DNA of 11,493 nucleotides from Polyangiales bacterium (GTDB taxonomy: Bacteria > Myxococcota_A > Polyangia > Polyangiales > Polyangiaceae), in contig JBBRNJ010000137.1 in NCBI GenBank assembly GCA_038230375.1, forward strand, positions 1-11,493, given 5' to 3'. The position numbers were made by a program, and so were the translations under genes. The notes beneath the pieces were generated by a model. The model had not been told where the DNA came from. It made no database searches and saw only the letters and a program-made list of their open reading frames with translations. This document shows, piece by piece, positions 1 to 7,702 of the stretch. Position 1 is the stretch's first letter. Each line of letters opens with the position of its first letter.

Positions 1-473
1 AGCTTCTTCGCGAGGCTGGGCGTGGCGAGCGTGAGCTCCACGACGCGGCGCGACCAGAAATCAAGCTTGTTCGGCTTGTCGCCGAGCGCCTCGAGGTAGT
101 CGTGCATCACGTAGAAATGGCGCGCCTCGTCGTGGACCTGGCTGGTGGCTGCCATCTTGGCCTCGAGCGGGACGAGCTCATTCGCGAGCTGCGCGCTGAT
201 CTTCCACGCGGCGAGCTCACCCCACATGATGATGGAGAAGATGCGCGCGAGCGCGGTTCGTTCCACAGGCGTGAGCTGCGGCTTGCCGTGCTTCGCGATG
301 AGCTCACTCAGGATCTGGCGCCCGTCCCAGATCTTGTCCTGACCCACGTGGTAGATGTTCTCCAGCCGGCGCGCGCGCCGCGCCTCTTGCTCGGTATACG
401 TCTCATCGAACATGTCGAAGGGGATGACCGAGTCATCTCGCCCGAGAATGCGTCGCAGCCGGTCGAAGATCAT
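1..473 (-). CDS. Ferritin-like diiron-carboxylate protein, 5' part; runs off the left edge of the window
   Basis: Not in the ORF track. Manual translation from ATG at 473 is open to position 1: MIFDRLRRILGRDDSVIPFDMFDETYTEQEARRARRLENIYHVGQDKIWDGRQILSELIAKHGKPQLTPVERTALARIFSIIMWGELAAWKISAQLANELVPLEAKMAATSQVHDEARHFYVMHDYLEALG... The GE(x~28)DEARH pattern is the first E / ExxH half of a ferritin-like diiron site. Codons are GC3-rich. Confidence 0.85.
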   Translation of the reverse strand, partial: MIFDRLRRILGRDDSVIPFDMFDETYTEQEARRARRLENIYHVGQDKIWDGRQILSELIAKHGKPQLTPVERTALARIFSIIMWGELAAWKISAQLANELVPLEAKMAATSQVHDEARHFYVMHDYLEALGDKPNKLDFWSRRVVELTLATPSLAKK

Positions 474-508
474 GGCTCTACTATACCCCTTCATCGGTGC
501 TCGGTCAT
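474..508 (-). promoter_or_regulatory. Putative sigma70-type, probably leaderless promoter of the ferritin-like gene
   Basis: Minus strand reads ATGACC (508-503), a 17-bp spacer, TATAGT (485-480), 6 nt, then ATG (473). No Shine-Dalgarno fits between the -10 box and the ATG. Confidence 0.55.
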
Positions 509-2226
509 CCGCGGCTCCCCCAGGGGAGGTCATCGAGCAGTCGTTCTGCCCGCTGGCGTAGCGCCCCGTCCAGGCGTCCGTGCGACGCTGCGTCGAGTGC
601 CTGCGCGAGATCGGCGGCGCTCCCGAAGCGATCCTTCGGGTCCTTCGCGAGCGCGATGGCGAGCACAAGGTCCACCTGCGGCGGCAGCGATGCGAGCTCA
701 CTCGGGCGACCCGGCATCGCATGCACCACGCGAAACAGGATCTCGATCGGGGTGTCTCCGCTGAAGGGCGGGACCCCGGTGAGCGCGCGGTACGTGATGA
801 CGCCCATCGCGAAGATGTCGGATAGATGCGTGACCGTCTCGCCCTGCGCCTGCTCCGGCGCCATGTTCGCGGGCGTTCCCACGATCATCCCCTGGGTCAG
901 CGTGCCTTCCTCCGCCGTCATCTTCGAGACCCCGAAATCGAGGATCTTCCAGACCTCGCCTCCGCCCTCGAGGCGCGCGAGGAAGAGGTTCCGCGGCTTG
1001 AGATCGCGGTGGACGATGCCCGCCGCGCGCGCCGCGTCTAGCCCGACTCCGACCTGCCGGAGCAGCGTGAGCACCTTGCGGAGCCCCATCTTCTTGTGCG
1101 TGCGGAGATAGTCGGCAAGATCCTCGCCGCGGAGGCGCTCCATCGCCAGGTAGGGAAGCTGCGCATCGGACGGCCCCGCTTCCAGGATCTTGACGACGTT
1201 CGCGACGTTGAGCGCACCCATGATCTTCGCCTCGCGGAAGAAGCGCTCCACGAGATCCGGTTCGGCGAGGAGCTGCGGGTGCAGGAGCTTCACCGCGGCC
1301 TCCGCGCGGTTGTCCAGGCGCGTGGCCTCGTAGACCTCGCCCATGGCGCCGCGCCCGATGACCTTGCCCATGCGATAGGGGCCCACGACCTCGCCCGTGT
1401 ATCGACCGATGCCGCCGACCTGCAGCGCTTGCACCAAATCCTGGCGCGCCTCCTTGAGGAGCGCGTCGCGCTGGGCAAGGCCGCGCACGACCACGTCGTG
1501 ACGGTCAATCGCGTAGAGCGTTGCCTCGCGCGAGGAGCGCGCCACGACGAACGACGCAAGGTAGATGGTCTCGACGACCACGATGATGACGATCCGCTCG
1601 AGGAGCGTGAGCCCCACGGGGTGCACCAGGCCGTGATCAGGGACGGCGCCGGAGAGAAGGAGCGCGGCGAAGAGGAGGTACACGAGCGCGCACGTCGCGT
1701 ACACGGCGGTGGTCATGCGCCTGTCTTGTCCCGCGCTGAAGAAGTAGACGCCGAACGGAATGATCACCGGCGCAGGGGAAAACACGCCGTAGAACCACAC
1801 GCCGCCGCTCGCGCCAAGGATGGTGGCGAAGGCGACGATGGTCGCGCGTCGCGTGGTGTAGCCCGTGTCCTGGACGAGCCGCCATGCGATCCAGACGCAC
1901 GCGGCGACCGTCGCTGCCAGCGTGCCCAGGAAGATTCCCTTGGCGATCGGATCACCGCCGACGAACGCAAGCGCGAGCGCCTGGACCGCAGCCATGAAGA
2001 TCGCCACGCGGACGAACATGCGCGTCCGGTGGATCTCCTGGAGCTCCAGCGTCTCCTTCGCGGTGATGAGCGACGTGGATGCGGAGCCCGCGCGCGAAGA
2101 GCCGGAGCCAGTGTCGCTCACGGAGGGATCAACCGCGGTCTCTGACAGCGGCGCCGACGCGAGAGCGTCCACCAGTGTGGGGGCCTCCTCCGGGAAGCGC
2201 CGCGGCCTGTCTGTCGTTCCCCCCAT
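505..2226 (-). CDS. Membrane-anchored Hanks-type Ser/Thr protein kinase (N-terminal ~6-TM domain, C-terminal kinase domain)
   Basis: 573-aa ORF with IGRGAMGEVY Gly-loop, AAVKLL, ERFFREA, HRDLKPRN, ILDFG, GTPANMAPE and SDIFAMG. About six hydrophobic segments lie in roughly aa 70-230, followed by a helical linker. Confidence 0.95.
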   Translation of the reverse strand: MGGTTDRPRRFPEEAPTLVDALASAPLSETAVDPSVSDTGSGSSRAGSASTSLITAKETLELQEIHRTRMFVRVAIFMAAVQALALAFVGGDPIAKGIFLGTLAATVAACVWIAWRLVQDTGYTTRRATIVAFATILGASGGVWFYGVFSPAPVIIPFGVYFFSAGQDRRMTTAVYATCALVYLLFAALLLSGAVPDHGLVHPVGLTLLERIVIIVVVETIYLASFVVARSSREATLYAIDRHDVVVRGLAQRDALLKEARQDLVQALQVGGIGRYTGEVVGPYRMGKVIGRGAMGEVYEATRLDNRAEAAVKLLHPQLLAEPDLVERFFREAKIMGALNVANVVKILEAGPSDAQLPYLAMERLRGEDLADYLRTHKKMGLRKVLTLLRQVGVGLDAARAAGIVHRDLKPRNLFLARLEGGGEVWKILDFGVSKMTAEEGTLTQGMIVGTPANMAPEQAQGETVTHLSDIFAMGVITYRALTGVPPFSGDTPIEILFRVVHAMPGRPSELASLPPQVDLVLAIALAKDPKDRFGSAADLAQALDAASHGRLDGALRQRAERLLDDLPWGSRG

Positions 2227-2240
2227 GTTCGAGCCTGGTT

Positions 2241-3317
2241 TTATAGCGCGATTGGGCCCGGGAGGGGAGCAACGTCATGGAGCTCTCCCAACACGGTCGG
2301 GATGACGCCGCGTTCGGCCCCGCGCCGCCCACCCAGCGAGCGTGGGGTCCGACGCAGCTCGCGAGGGGACGCGTTCGTTTCGCGCTGGATCAGTCTGCGC
2401 AGGGTGCTCGCGTCCTGGTAGCCGACCTCTGCGCAGATCTCCTGGAGAGACAGGCGCGTTGTTTCGAGCAGGTGCACCGCAGTCTCTACGCGCAGCCGTT
2501 GAACGAACCCGATGGGGCTGACGCCGACGGCCGCCCGGAGCCTACGAGCGAGCGTGCGAGCGCTCACGCCGATGCTGCGCCCGAGCGCGGCGATATCGAA
2601 GCTCTCCGCAAGATGACGTCGCACCCAGGTCTCTGCGCGCCTCACCGTCGCATCGTTGGCTGTCAGCTGATGGATTGCCATGTACGGAGCCTGCGACGCG
2701 TGTGAGTCCAGCAGGAGCAGCTGCGAGCATCGCCGTGCCGCAGCAGGGCCCACGAAGCGCGCGACCAGATGCAACGCAAGATCGGCCTGCGCAAAGACCG
2801 CACCCGCGGTCATCACGCGCTCCGCGACCACGAGCGAGCGCTCAGCGTTCACGTCGGCCTGGGGTCGCCGCTTCTTCAGGTGCGGTGCAAGCCACCAGGT
2901 CGTGGTGCATTCGCGTCCGTCGAGCAGGCCTGCCTCCCCGAGGATGAATGCCCCGCCGCAAGATGAACCAACGATGGCTCCGCGCGCGTGCACCGCACGT
3001 ACCGTCCGGACGAGGGCCTGCACGTCAGCGCGTGCAAGCATCGCATCGATCCCATCGGCGTTCTCGGCCCAGAGGCCAGGCATGATGACGACATGCGCGA
3101 GCGCGGATGCCCTTCGTGCGGGCTGCGTGGCGCTCAACACCATCCCCGAGGCTGCACGCACGGGTCCGCCCTTCGCGGATGCGACGCTCAGATGAAAGGG
3201 CGGGGGCTTGCCGGCGTGCTTCGCGATCGCGTTTGCCGTCCGAAAGACATCCAGAGCAATGCTCAACCCCGAGTCCGCGAAACCATCCGCGACAAGTACG
3301 ACGACCCTGCGCTGCAT
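2241..3317 (-). CDS. GlxA/FtrA-family transcriptional regulator (DJ-1/PfpI-like amidase domain + AraC HTH)
   Basis: N-terminal VVVLVADGF, SSCGGAFILGEAGLLDGRECTTTW and VMTAG motifs; C-terminal VSARTLARR...FVQRLRVETAVHLLETTRLSLQEICAEVGYQDASTLRRL...SPRELR AraC signature. The last ~35 aa look like a non-conserved read-through tail. Confidence 0.93.
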   Translation of the reverse strand: MQRRVVVLVADGFADSGLSIALDVFRTANAIAKHAGKPPPFHLSVASAKGGPVRAASGMVLSATQPARRASALAHVVIMPGLWAENADGIDAMLARADVQALVRTVRAVHARGAIVGSSCGGAFILGEAGLLDGRECTTTWWLAPHLKKRRPQADVNAERSLVVAERVMTAGAVFAQADLALHLVARFVGPAAARRCSQLLLLDSHASQAPYMAIHQLTANDATVRRAETWVRRHLAESFDIAALGRSIGVSARTLARRLRAAVGVSPIGFVQRLRVETAVHLLETTRLSLQEICAEVGYQDASTLRRLIQRETNASPRELRRTPRSLGGRRGAERGVIPTVLGELHDVAPLPGPIAL

Positions 3318-3353
3318 GGACCAAACCTAGCGCAACCGCCCACGAAGGCCGTA

Positions 3354-3387
3354 TGTCCAGATCGGCCAACTCCGTGTCACTTTCGCC
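3354..3387 (+). promoter_or_regulatory. Putative tandem AraC/GlxA-type operator (two TGTC half-sites with a 21-bp period)
   Basis: TGTCCAGATCGGCC (3354) and TGTCACTTTCGCC (3375) start 21 bp apart, just upstream of and divergent from the regulator gene. This resembles the tandem TGTCGC-type 21-bp repeats bound by amidase-domain AraC regulators such as P. aeruginosa ArgR. Confidence 0.5.
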
Positions 3388-3501
3388 TGGCTCGCTTTTG
3401 CTGCCCGCGCGGCGCCCGCAGCCTGACGTGGGGAGGTGGCGACCGAGATCGAGCACCTCCGGCCGCACTCCGCGCCATCGCCAGGGAGCTCCGCGGTCGG
3501 C

Positions 3502-3523
3502 AGCGTTCTGGCGCCAGAACGCT
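3502..3523. repeat. Perfect 22-bp palindrome AGCGTTCTGGC|GCCAGAACGCT
   Basis: Read directly from the sequence: 11-bp arms with no spacer. Confidence 0.85.
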
Positions 3524-3601
3524 AGGCTTCACCGGCTGAATCTCCCTCGATTTCAGATCGCCGGAGAACCGGTCGCGCGGAAAATCTCCCAGTCGCTGGG
3601 C

Positions 3602-4330
3602 TTGTCGTACCTCCGCGCGCTGGTCTACCAGCAGTCCGCGATCGTGATCGAGCCTCGACAGGACTACCTGCTGGAAGCGCGGCTCTTGCCAGTGGCCAAG
3701 GAGTTCGGCCTCGCAGACGTGTCGGCGCTCGTCGGGCACCTTCGTGGCAAGCCCGCAAATGCGAACGGACTCCAGCTCAAAGTCGTCGAGGCGATGACGA
3801 CGAACGAGACAACGTTCTTCCGTGACACTCATCCCTTCACCATGCTGAAGACGCATGTCTTTCCCCAGCTCCTCGTCTCACGTACGGTGACCCGGACGCT
3901 CAACATCTGGTGCGGCGCTGCGTCCACGGGCCAGGAATCGTATTCGGTCGCCATGCTCGTGAAGGAGAGCTTCCCGGAGCTGTCGTCCTGGAAGGTCCGA
4001 TTCGTAGCCACGGACCTGTGCAATGCGGTGCTCGATCGCGCGCGCGAGGGCATCTACAAGCAAGTAGAGACGAATCGCGGTCTGCCAGCGGCATTGCTGG
4101 TGAAGTACTTCGAACGTCACGGCCAGGACTACCGACTGAAGGTGGAAGCAACGCTCGACGACGGCTCGAGGGCAAACGGCTTCGTCGTGAGCCTGAAGCC
4201 TCCGACCGGTTTCCTGGTCGAGCGCGCTCGACCAGCGAAGGGCCAGCGGATACTGGTGGACATCGATCTCACCCGCGTCAACTCGTTGCTCGTGGCGGTG
4301 CTGGGGCAACCGCGGCGTCAGTTCGCGTGA
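3602..4330 (+). pseudogene. cheR: Truncated/chimeric CheR chemotaxis methyltransferase: CheR-like over ~3602-4141, fused in frame to an unrelated 62-aa tail
   Basis: YLRALVYQQSAIVI...YLLEARL, VVEAMTTNETTFFRD, IWCGAASTGQESYSVAM, ATDL and AREGIY...NRGLP...KYF are CheR motifs. After DYRLK the expected C-terminal part (V.F...NL, FD.IF.RNVLIYF, L.P.G.L.LG) is absent. There is no ATG or RBS at the usual start and no other che genes nearby. Confidence 0.8.
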
Positions 4331-4599
4331 CCGCGACCGTGCTCTGCTTCCTGATGTGGTGTCGCGCTTCCGACGCTCTTCGTGATCACCTTGTCACTCG
4401 ACGCGTGACGAACGTCGCTGCGAAAAGCATGCGGCGGGCTCGGCGTGTCGTGGAGGTGCCGTGATGGCGGAGAGTCACATCCGCGACTGGCAGGCGCCGC
4501 CAGAACGGTCTCTGGTGCGCGAAGAGCGCAGGGCAGCGCGTACGTCTCCTCATCCAACCTTCATCTTCACATTGGGCCCGGCGGTGCGAGATTGACGTC

Positions 4600-5550
4600 A
4601 TGAACCGTCACTGGGAAGGCCTCGAGAGCCTCGCGCAGCATGCCACGTTGTCCACCGACCATCGTCACGCGCTCGCCGTCGAGATCGCGACCGCGCTGGG
4701 GGCTGGGTTCTCCGCCGATCCCGAGCTGCACGGGACGCCGTCCCTCGCCGCGGTTCTGTACACGCCGACCGTTCATCCTCCTCCGCTGCCCGCGAAGGGG
4801 AAGACCAGGGCGAAGGCCAAGACGAAGGCGAAGGGCGTGAACGAGGAGAAGCCTTCGGTCATCACGTTCCTCGTGGTTCCTGGTGGGGAGTACGAGATGG
4901 GCATTCGGCCAGACGAGCGCGACGAGCTGGCCATGGTCATCAACGCGGACGACAGCCACGACCTCGACGGCGACATCGACAGCTTGCTGACGCGTTCGCA
5001 GCCCGTCCATCGGGTGAGGGTGCGGCCCTTTTTGTGTGCTGCGCGAGCGCTCGACGTCGGGCAAGCGCAGGCCTTCTCGGCGCTGCTCGCAGCGATGCAG
5101 GTCGAGCAAGGTCGTCGCTTCAATCGCGTCGCCGCGACAGCATGTCTCAGCGCGGCCGAGGTCGAGTCGGTGATTCGTGGGGCCCCTGACGGCTTCCGGC
5201 TTCTGTGCGAGGCCGAGTGGGAATGGGTCGCCCGCGAGGGAGGCTCGCGCTCATGGGTGGAGGACCCGACCAACTGGATCAACTTCAAGTCGAGCGACGA
5301 GGCGAACGCGTTCGGGGCCTACGTGACGGCCGAGACGGGCGATTGGGTGGCCGACGCCTGGTTCCCGAGTCACGAGGGGGCGCCGGAGGTTGCCGTGGCG
5401 CGCGCGCCGACGGGTGCGCCGGGCATGGCCAAGGGCGCACACAGCGGCTGGCAGGAACGCATCGAGGCGGTCGTCACCGCGTGCGCGTACCGCGAGGAAG
5501 GCTCCACCTCCGTCGACCGGTGGGTTCGCCTTGCCCGCGACCTACCCTGA
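4600..5550 (+). CDS. FGE-sulfatase/SUMF1-fold (formylglycine-generating-enzyme-like) domain protein, divergent
   Basis: FLVVPGGEYEMG, QPVHRVRVRPF, FRLLCEAEWEWVAREG, NAFG, DWVAD and terminal VRLARDL motifs; GC3-rich codons. Confidence 0.85.
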   Translation: MNRHWEGLESLAQHATLSTDHRHALAVEIATALGAGFSADPELHGTPSLAAVLYTPTVHPPPLPAKGKTRAKAKTKAKGVNEEKPSVITFLVVPGGEYEMGIRPDERDELAMVINADDSHDLDGDIDSLLTRSQPVHRVRVRPFLCAARALDVGQAQAFSALLAAMQVEQGRRFNRVAATACLSAAEVESVIRGAPDGFRLLCEAEWEWVAREGGSRSWVEDPTNWINFKSSDEANAFGAYVTAETGDWVADAWFPSHEGAPEVAVARAPTGAPGMAKGAHSGWQERIEAVVTACAYREEGSTSVDRWVRLARDLP

Positions 5551-5651
5551 CCGGATTCGGTGGTGTCCGGAAACGCTATCTTGCCGGCCGCCGTAGGTGT
5601 GTCGGTCCGTTTGAAGATTGGTTGGCGGTCACCTGTTGTAGTATCGCGGCC

Positions 5652-7322
5652 ATGGATCGGGGCGGTGGGATCACCGAGCTTTCGCGGGAGCTCCAGCGTG
5701 CTCGGACCTATACGGAGCTGCTGGAGCACCTGCACGCGCATCTGGTGGCCTTCACCGGCTATCGGAACTTCTGGCTCGCGGTGCGGGATACAGACGAATC
5801 GAAGCACGTCCGCCTCATCTCGGAGACCGGTCCGGCGAATGCCGCCTCGGAGCATGCGCTGTTCCCGATCGAGGACGACGCAATGCTTGCTCAGCTTTTC
5901 CAGAGCAACGCGATCGTCGTGGTGGAGGACGCTCGTACTGACCCCCGCACGAACAAAGCAGTTGTGGCCTCCCTGGGGAATCGCACCATCATCAATGTAC
6001 CACTCACGCTGCTGGACAAGCCCTTTGCGTGCTTTGGCATGGGCACATTCGGGGAAGAGCCCGTCCTGCCACCCTCCGCGGATCTCCTTGACCACCTGAC
6101 GGCGATGGCGGGGTTCGTCTCCGTTGCCGCCTCGCGCATCCGCCTCGACGAGCGCACGCGGCAGGCGCAGGCAGAGCGCGTGGAGGTGGAGCGCAAGCTG
6201 CAACGCATCCAGCGCATGGACAGTATCGGCCTGCTTGCAGGCGGCGTGGCTCACGACTTCAACAACCTGATCACCGTCATTGTTGCTTCCGCCAGCATGG
6301 CGCGCACGGCAGGTCCGAAGGAGCTTGCGGACCACATCGACGAGGTCATCGGCGCTGCCGATCGCGCGCAACGGCTCACGCGGCAGCTTTTGGCCATGAG
6401 CCGATCACAACGCCTCACGCTGCAGGATCTGGACCCGGTTGCGCTGCTCGGCGAGCTGGTGCCGCTGCTTCGCCGGGTCATACCGGAGACCATCACGATC
6501 GACCTGATCGCGCCCGACATCGGAGTGCTGGTAGAGGCGGACAAGACGCAGCTTGATCAGGTGATCATGAACCTGTGCCTGAATGCTCGTGACGCCATGC
6601 CCGGTGGGGGAAAGATCACCGTCGAGGTCGAGCAGGTCCTCGTCAACGGCGCTTTTCGCGAGACCAATCCCTGGGCAAAGCCTGGTCGCTACGTTCTGCT
6701 CAGCGTGAGCGACAACGGCGCCGGGATGTCCAAGGAGCAGATGGATCGCGTCTACGAGCCCTTCTTCACCACCAAACGCGAACAGGCAGGTACCGGGCTT
6801 GGTCTGGCCGTGGCGCACGGCATCGTCCAGCAACACGGAGGCATGCTGCAATGCTACAGCGAGCTTGGCATCGGCACTACGTTCAAGGTCTACCTCCCCG
6901 TGCTCGCGCGCGCCGCCCGAGTCGTGGGCCCAAAGATCCACCGGGCTGTGCGTGGCGGGTCGGAGCGCATCCTGGTGGGCGAGGACGATCCCGCAGTCCG
7001 CAACGTGGTCCGCCAGATCCTCGAGCGTGCAGGCTACGAAGTCGTGCTCGTCCGAAGCGGCCAGGAGGTGCTGGACACACTGGCCGGAATGCCATTCTCG
7101 CTCGTCCTGCTCGACGTGGTCATGCCTGGCCTCAGTGCGTCCGAGACGCTTGTGAAGCTGCACGAGCTCCACCCCGACATACACGTGCTCCTGTGCAGCG
7201 GCTACACCGCGGACGCGGCAATCACGGAGCTGCTGCGAGACCAACAGATCCCATTCCTCTCCAAGCCGTACGACCCCGACGCATTGCTAAGGGCCCTACG
7301 CAACCTCCTGGACGATGACTGA
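5652..7322 (+). CDS. Hybrid sensor histidine kinase/response regulator (GAF-HisKA-HATPase_c-REC), 556 aa
   Basis: GAF (VVVEDARTDPRTN...VPL), H-box LAGGVAHDFNNL, N-box QVIMNLCLNARDAM, G1 DNGAGM, F-box EPFFTTK, G2 GTGLGL, REC ILVGEDD/LLDVVMP/SGY/FLSKPY. The start is moved from 5205 to ATG 5652 because the upstream part overlaps the FGE gene and TAGTAT (5639-5644) lies 7 nt before this ATG. Confidence 0.93.
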   Translation: MDRGGGITELSRELQRARTYTELLEHLHAHLVAFTGYRNFWLAVRDTDESKHVRLISETGPANAASEHALFPIEDDAMLAQLFQSNAIVVVEDARTDPRTNKAVVASLGNRTIINVPLTLLDKPFACFGMGTFGEEPVLPPSADLLDHLTAMAGFVSVAASRIRLDERTRQAQAERVEVERKLQRIQRMDSIGLLAGGVAHDFNNLITVIVASASMARTAGPKELADHIDEVIGAADRAQRLTRQLLAMSRSQRLTLQDLDPVALLGELVPLLRRVIPETITIDLIAPDIGVLVEADKTQLDQVIMNLCLNARDAMPGGGKITVEVEQVLVNGAFRETNPWAKPGRYVLLSVSDNGAGMSKEQMDRVYEPFFTTKREQAGTGLGLAVAHGIVQQHGGMLQCYSELGIGTTFKVYLPVLARAARVVGPKIHRAVRGGSERILVGEDDPAVRNVVRQILERAGYEVVLVRSGQEVLDTLAGMPFSLVLLDVVMPGLSASETLVKLHELHPDIHVLLCSGYTADAAITELLRDQQIPFLSKPYDPDALLRALRNLLDDD

Positions 7323-7515
7323 CGTTGACTGGATGTCATCGATGGAAGCAGCTCTGCAGCGCTCGGCTCAAGCTCGTCGGAGGCAAGCCCGCTGCACCGA
7401 AGAGGGGTCCGGCTCGTGCGTCTAGTTTCGCTCCGTGAGTCGCGGTCGACGCTGAGGGCGTGGCAAACGTCTCAAGAACCAACCGACCCAGCCGTTCTGG
7501 TTCGCGGAGGTCTCC

Positions 7516-7662
7516 ATGTCCACTCCGACCACACCGCCAGCTCGCACCGTCGTGCAATTCTTACCCATTCACCCACGTTGCATGACGCGCGTCTTCGAAC
7601 ACACACTGCCGCCGCCCAACAACGATACAATCCCATCAAACTGGCCCAAGGGAGCCGCGTAG
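7516..7662 (+). CDS. Possible 48-aa small ORF or orphan 5' gene fragment (MSTPTTPPARTVVQFLPIHPRCMTRVFEHTLPPPNNDTIPSNWPKGAA)
   Basis: GGAGG (7506-7510) lies 5 nt before ATG 7516 and the frame is open to TAG 7660-7662. Codon usage is atypical (many A/T-ending codons) and no motif is recognisable. Confidence 0.25.
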   Translation: MSTPTTPPARTVVQFLPIHPRCMTRVFEHTLPPPNNDTIPSNWPKGAA

Positions 7663-7702
7663 GGCTGTGGGCCGTCGTCCAGTTCGCTACCTCACGTCCG
7701 CC

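Noticed and set aside
102..2145. Long + strand ORFs (102-764, 497-1111, 1096-2145) and similar antisense ORFs over other genes
   Set aside because: These are shadow ORFs opposite well-supported genes, typical of high-GC DNA, with no motifs.
3107..3601. N-terminal extension of the 407-aa ORF containing CheR
   Set aside because: It overlaps the GlxA regulator antisense and its promoter region, and the translation is not protein-like. CheR similarity starts at ~3602.
3512..4507. CGCCAGAACG at 3512 and 4498 as a possible target-site duplication around the CheR chimera
   Set aside because: It is a 10-bp GC-rich match that is not flush with the fragment boundaries, and no element ends are visible.
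4331..4599. Short ORFs and small hairpins between the CheR chimera and the FGE gene
   Set aside because: No recognisable protein motif in any frame, and the hairpins are short GC stems expected by chance.
5205..5651. N-terminal 149 aa of the 705-aa hybrid kinase ORF
   Set aside because: It overlaps the FGE gene in another frame and is R/G-rich shadow sequence. ATG 5652 has a -10-like box and begins the GAF region.
7651..7695. GAGCCG...GTTC resembling group II intron domain V, or a GTAG-type REP
   Set aside because: The stem pairing and GNRA loop required for domain V are absent, and the GTAG...CTAC stem is weak and single-copy.
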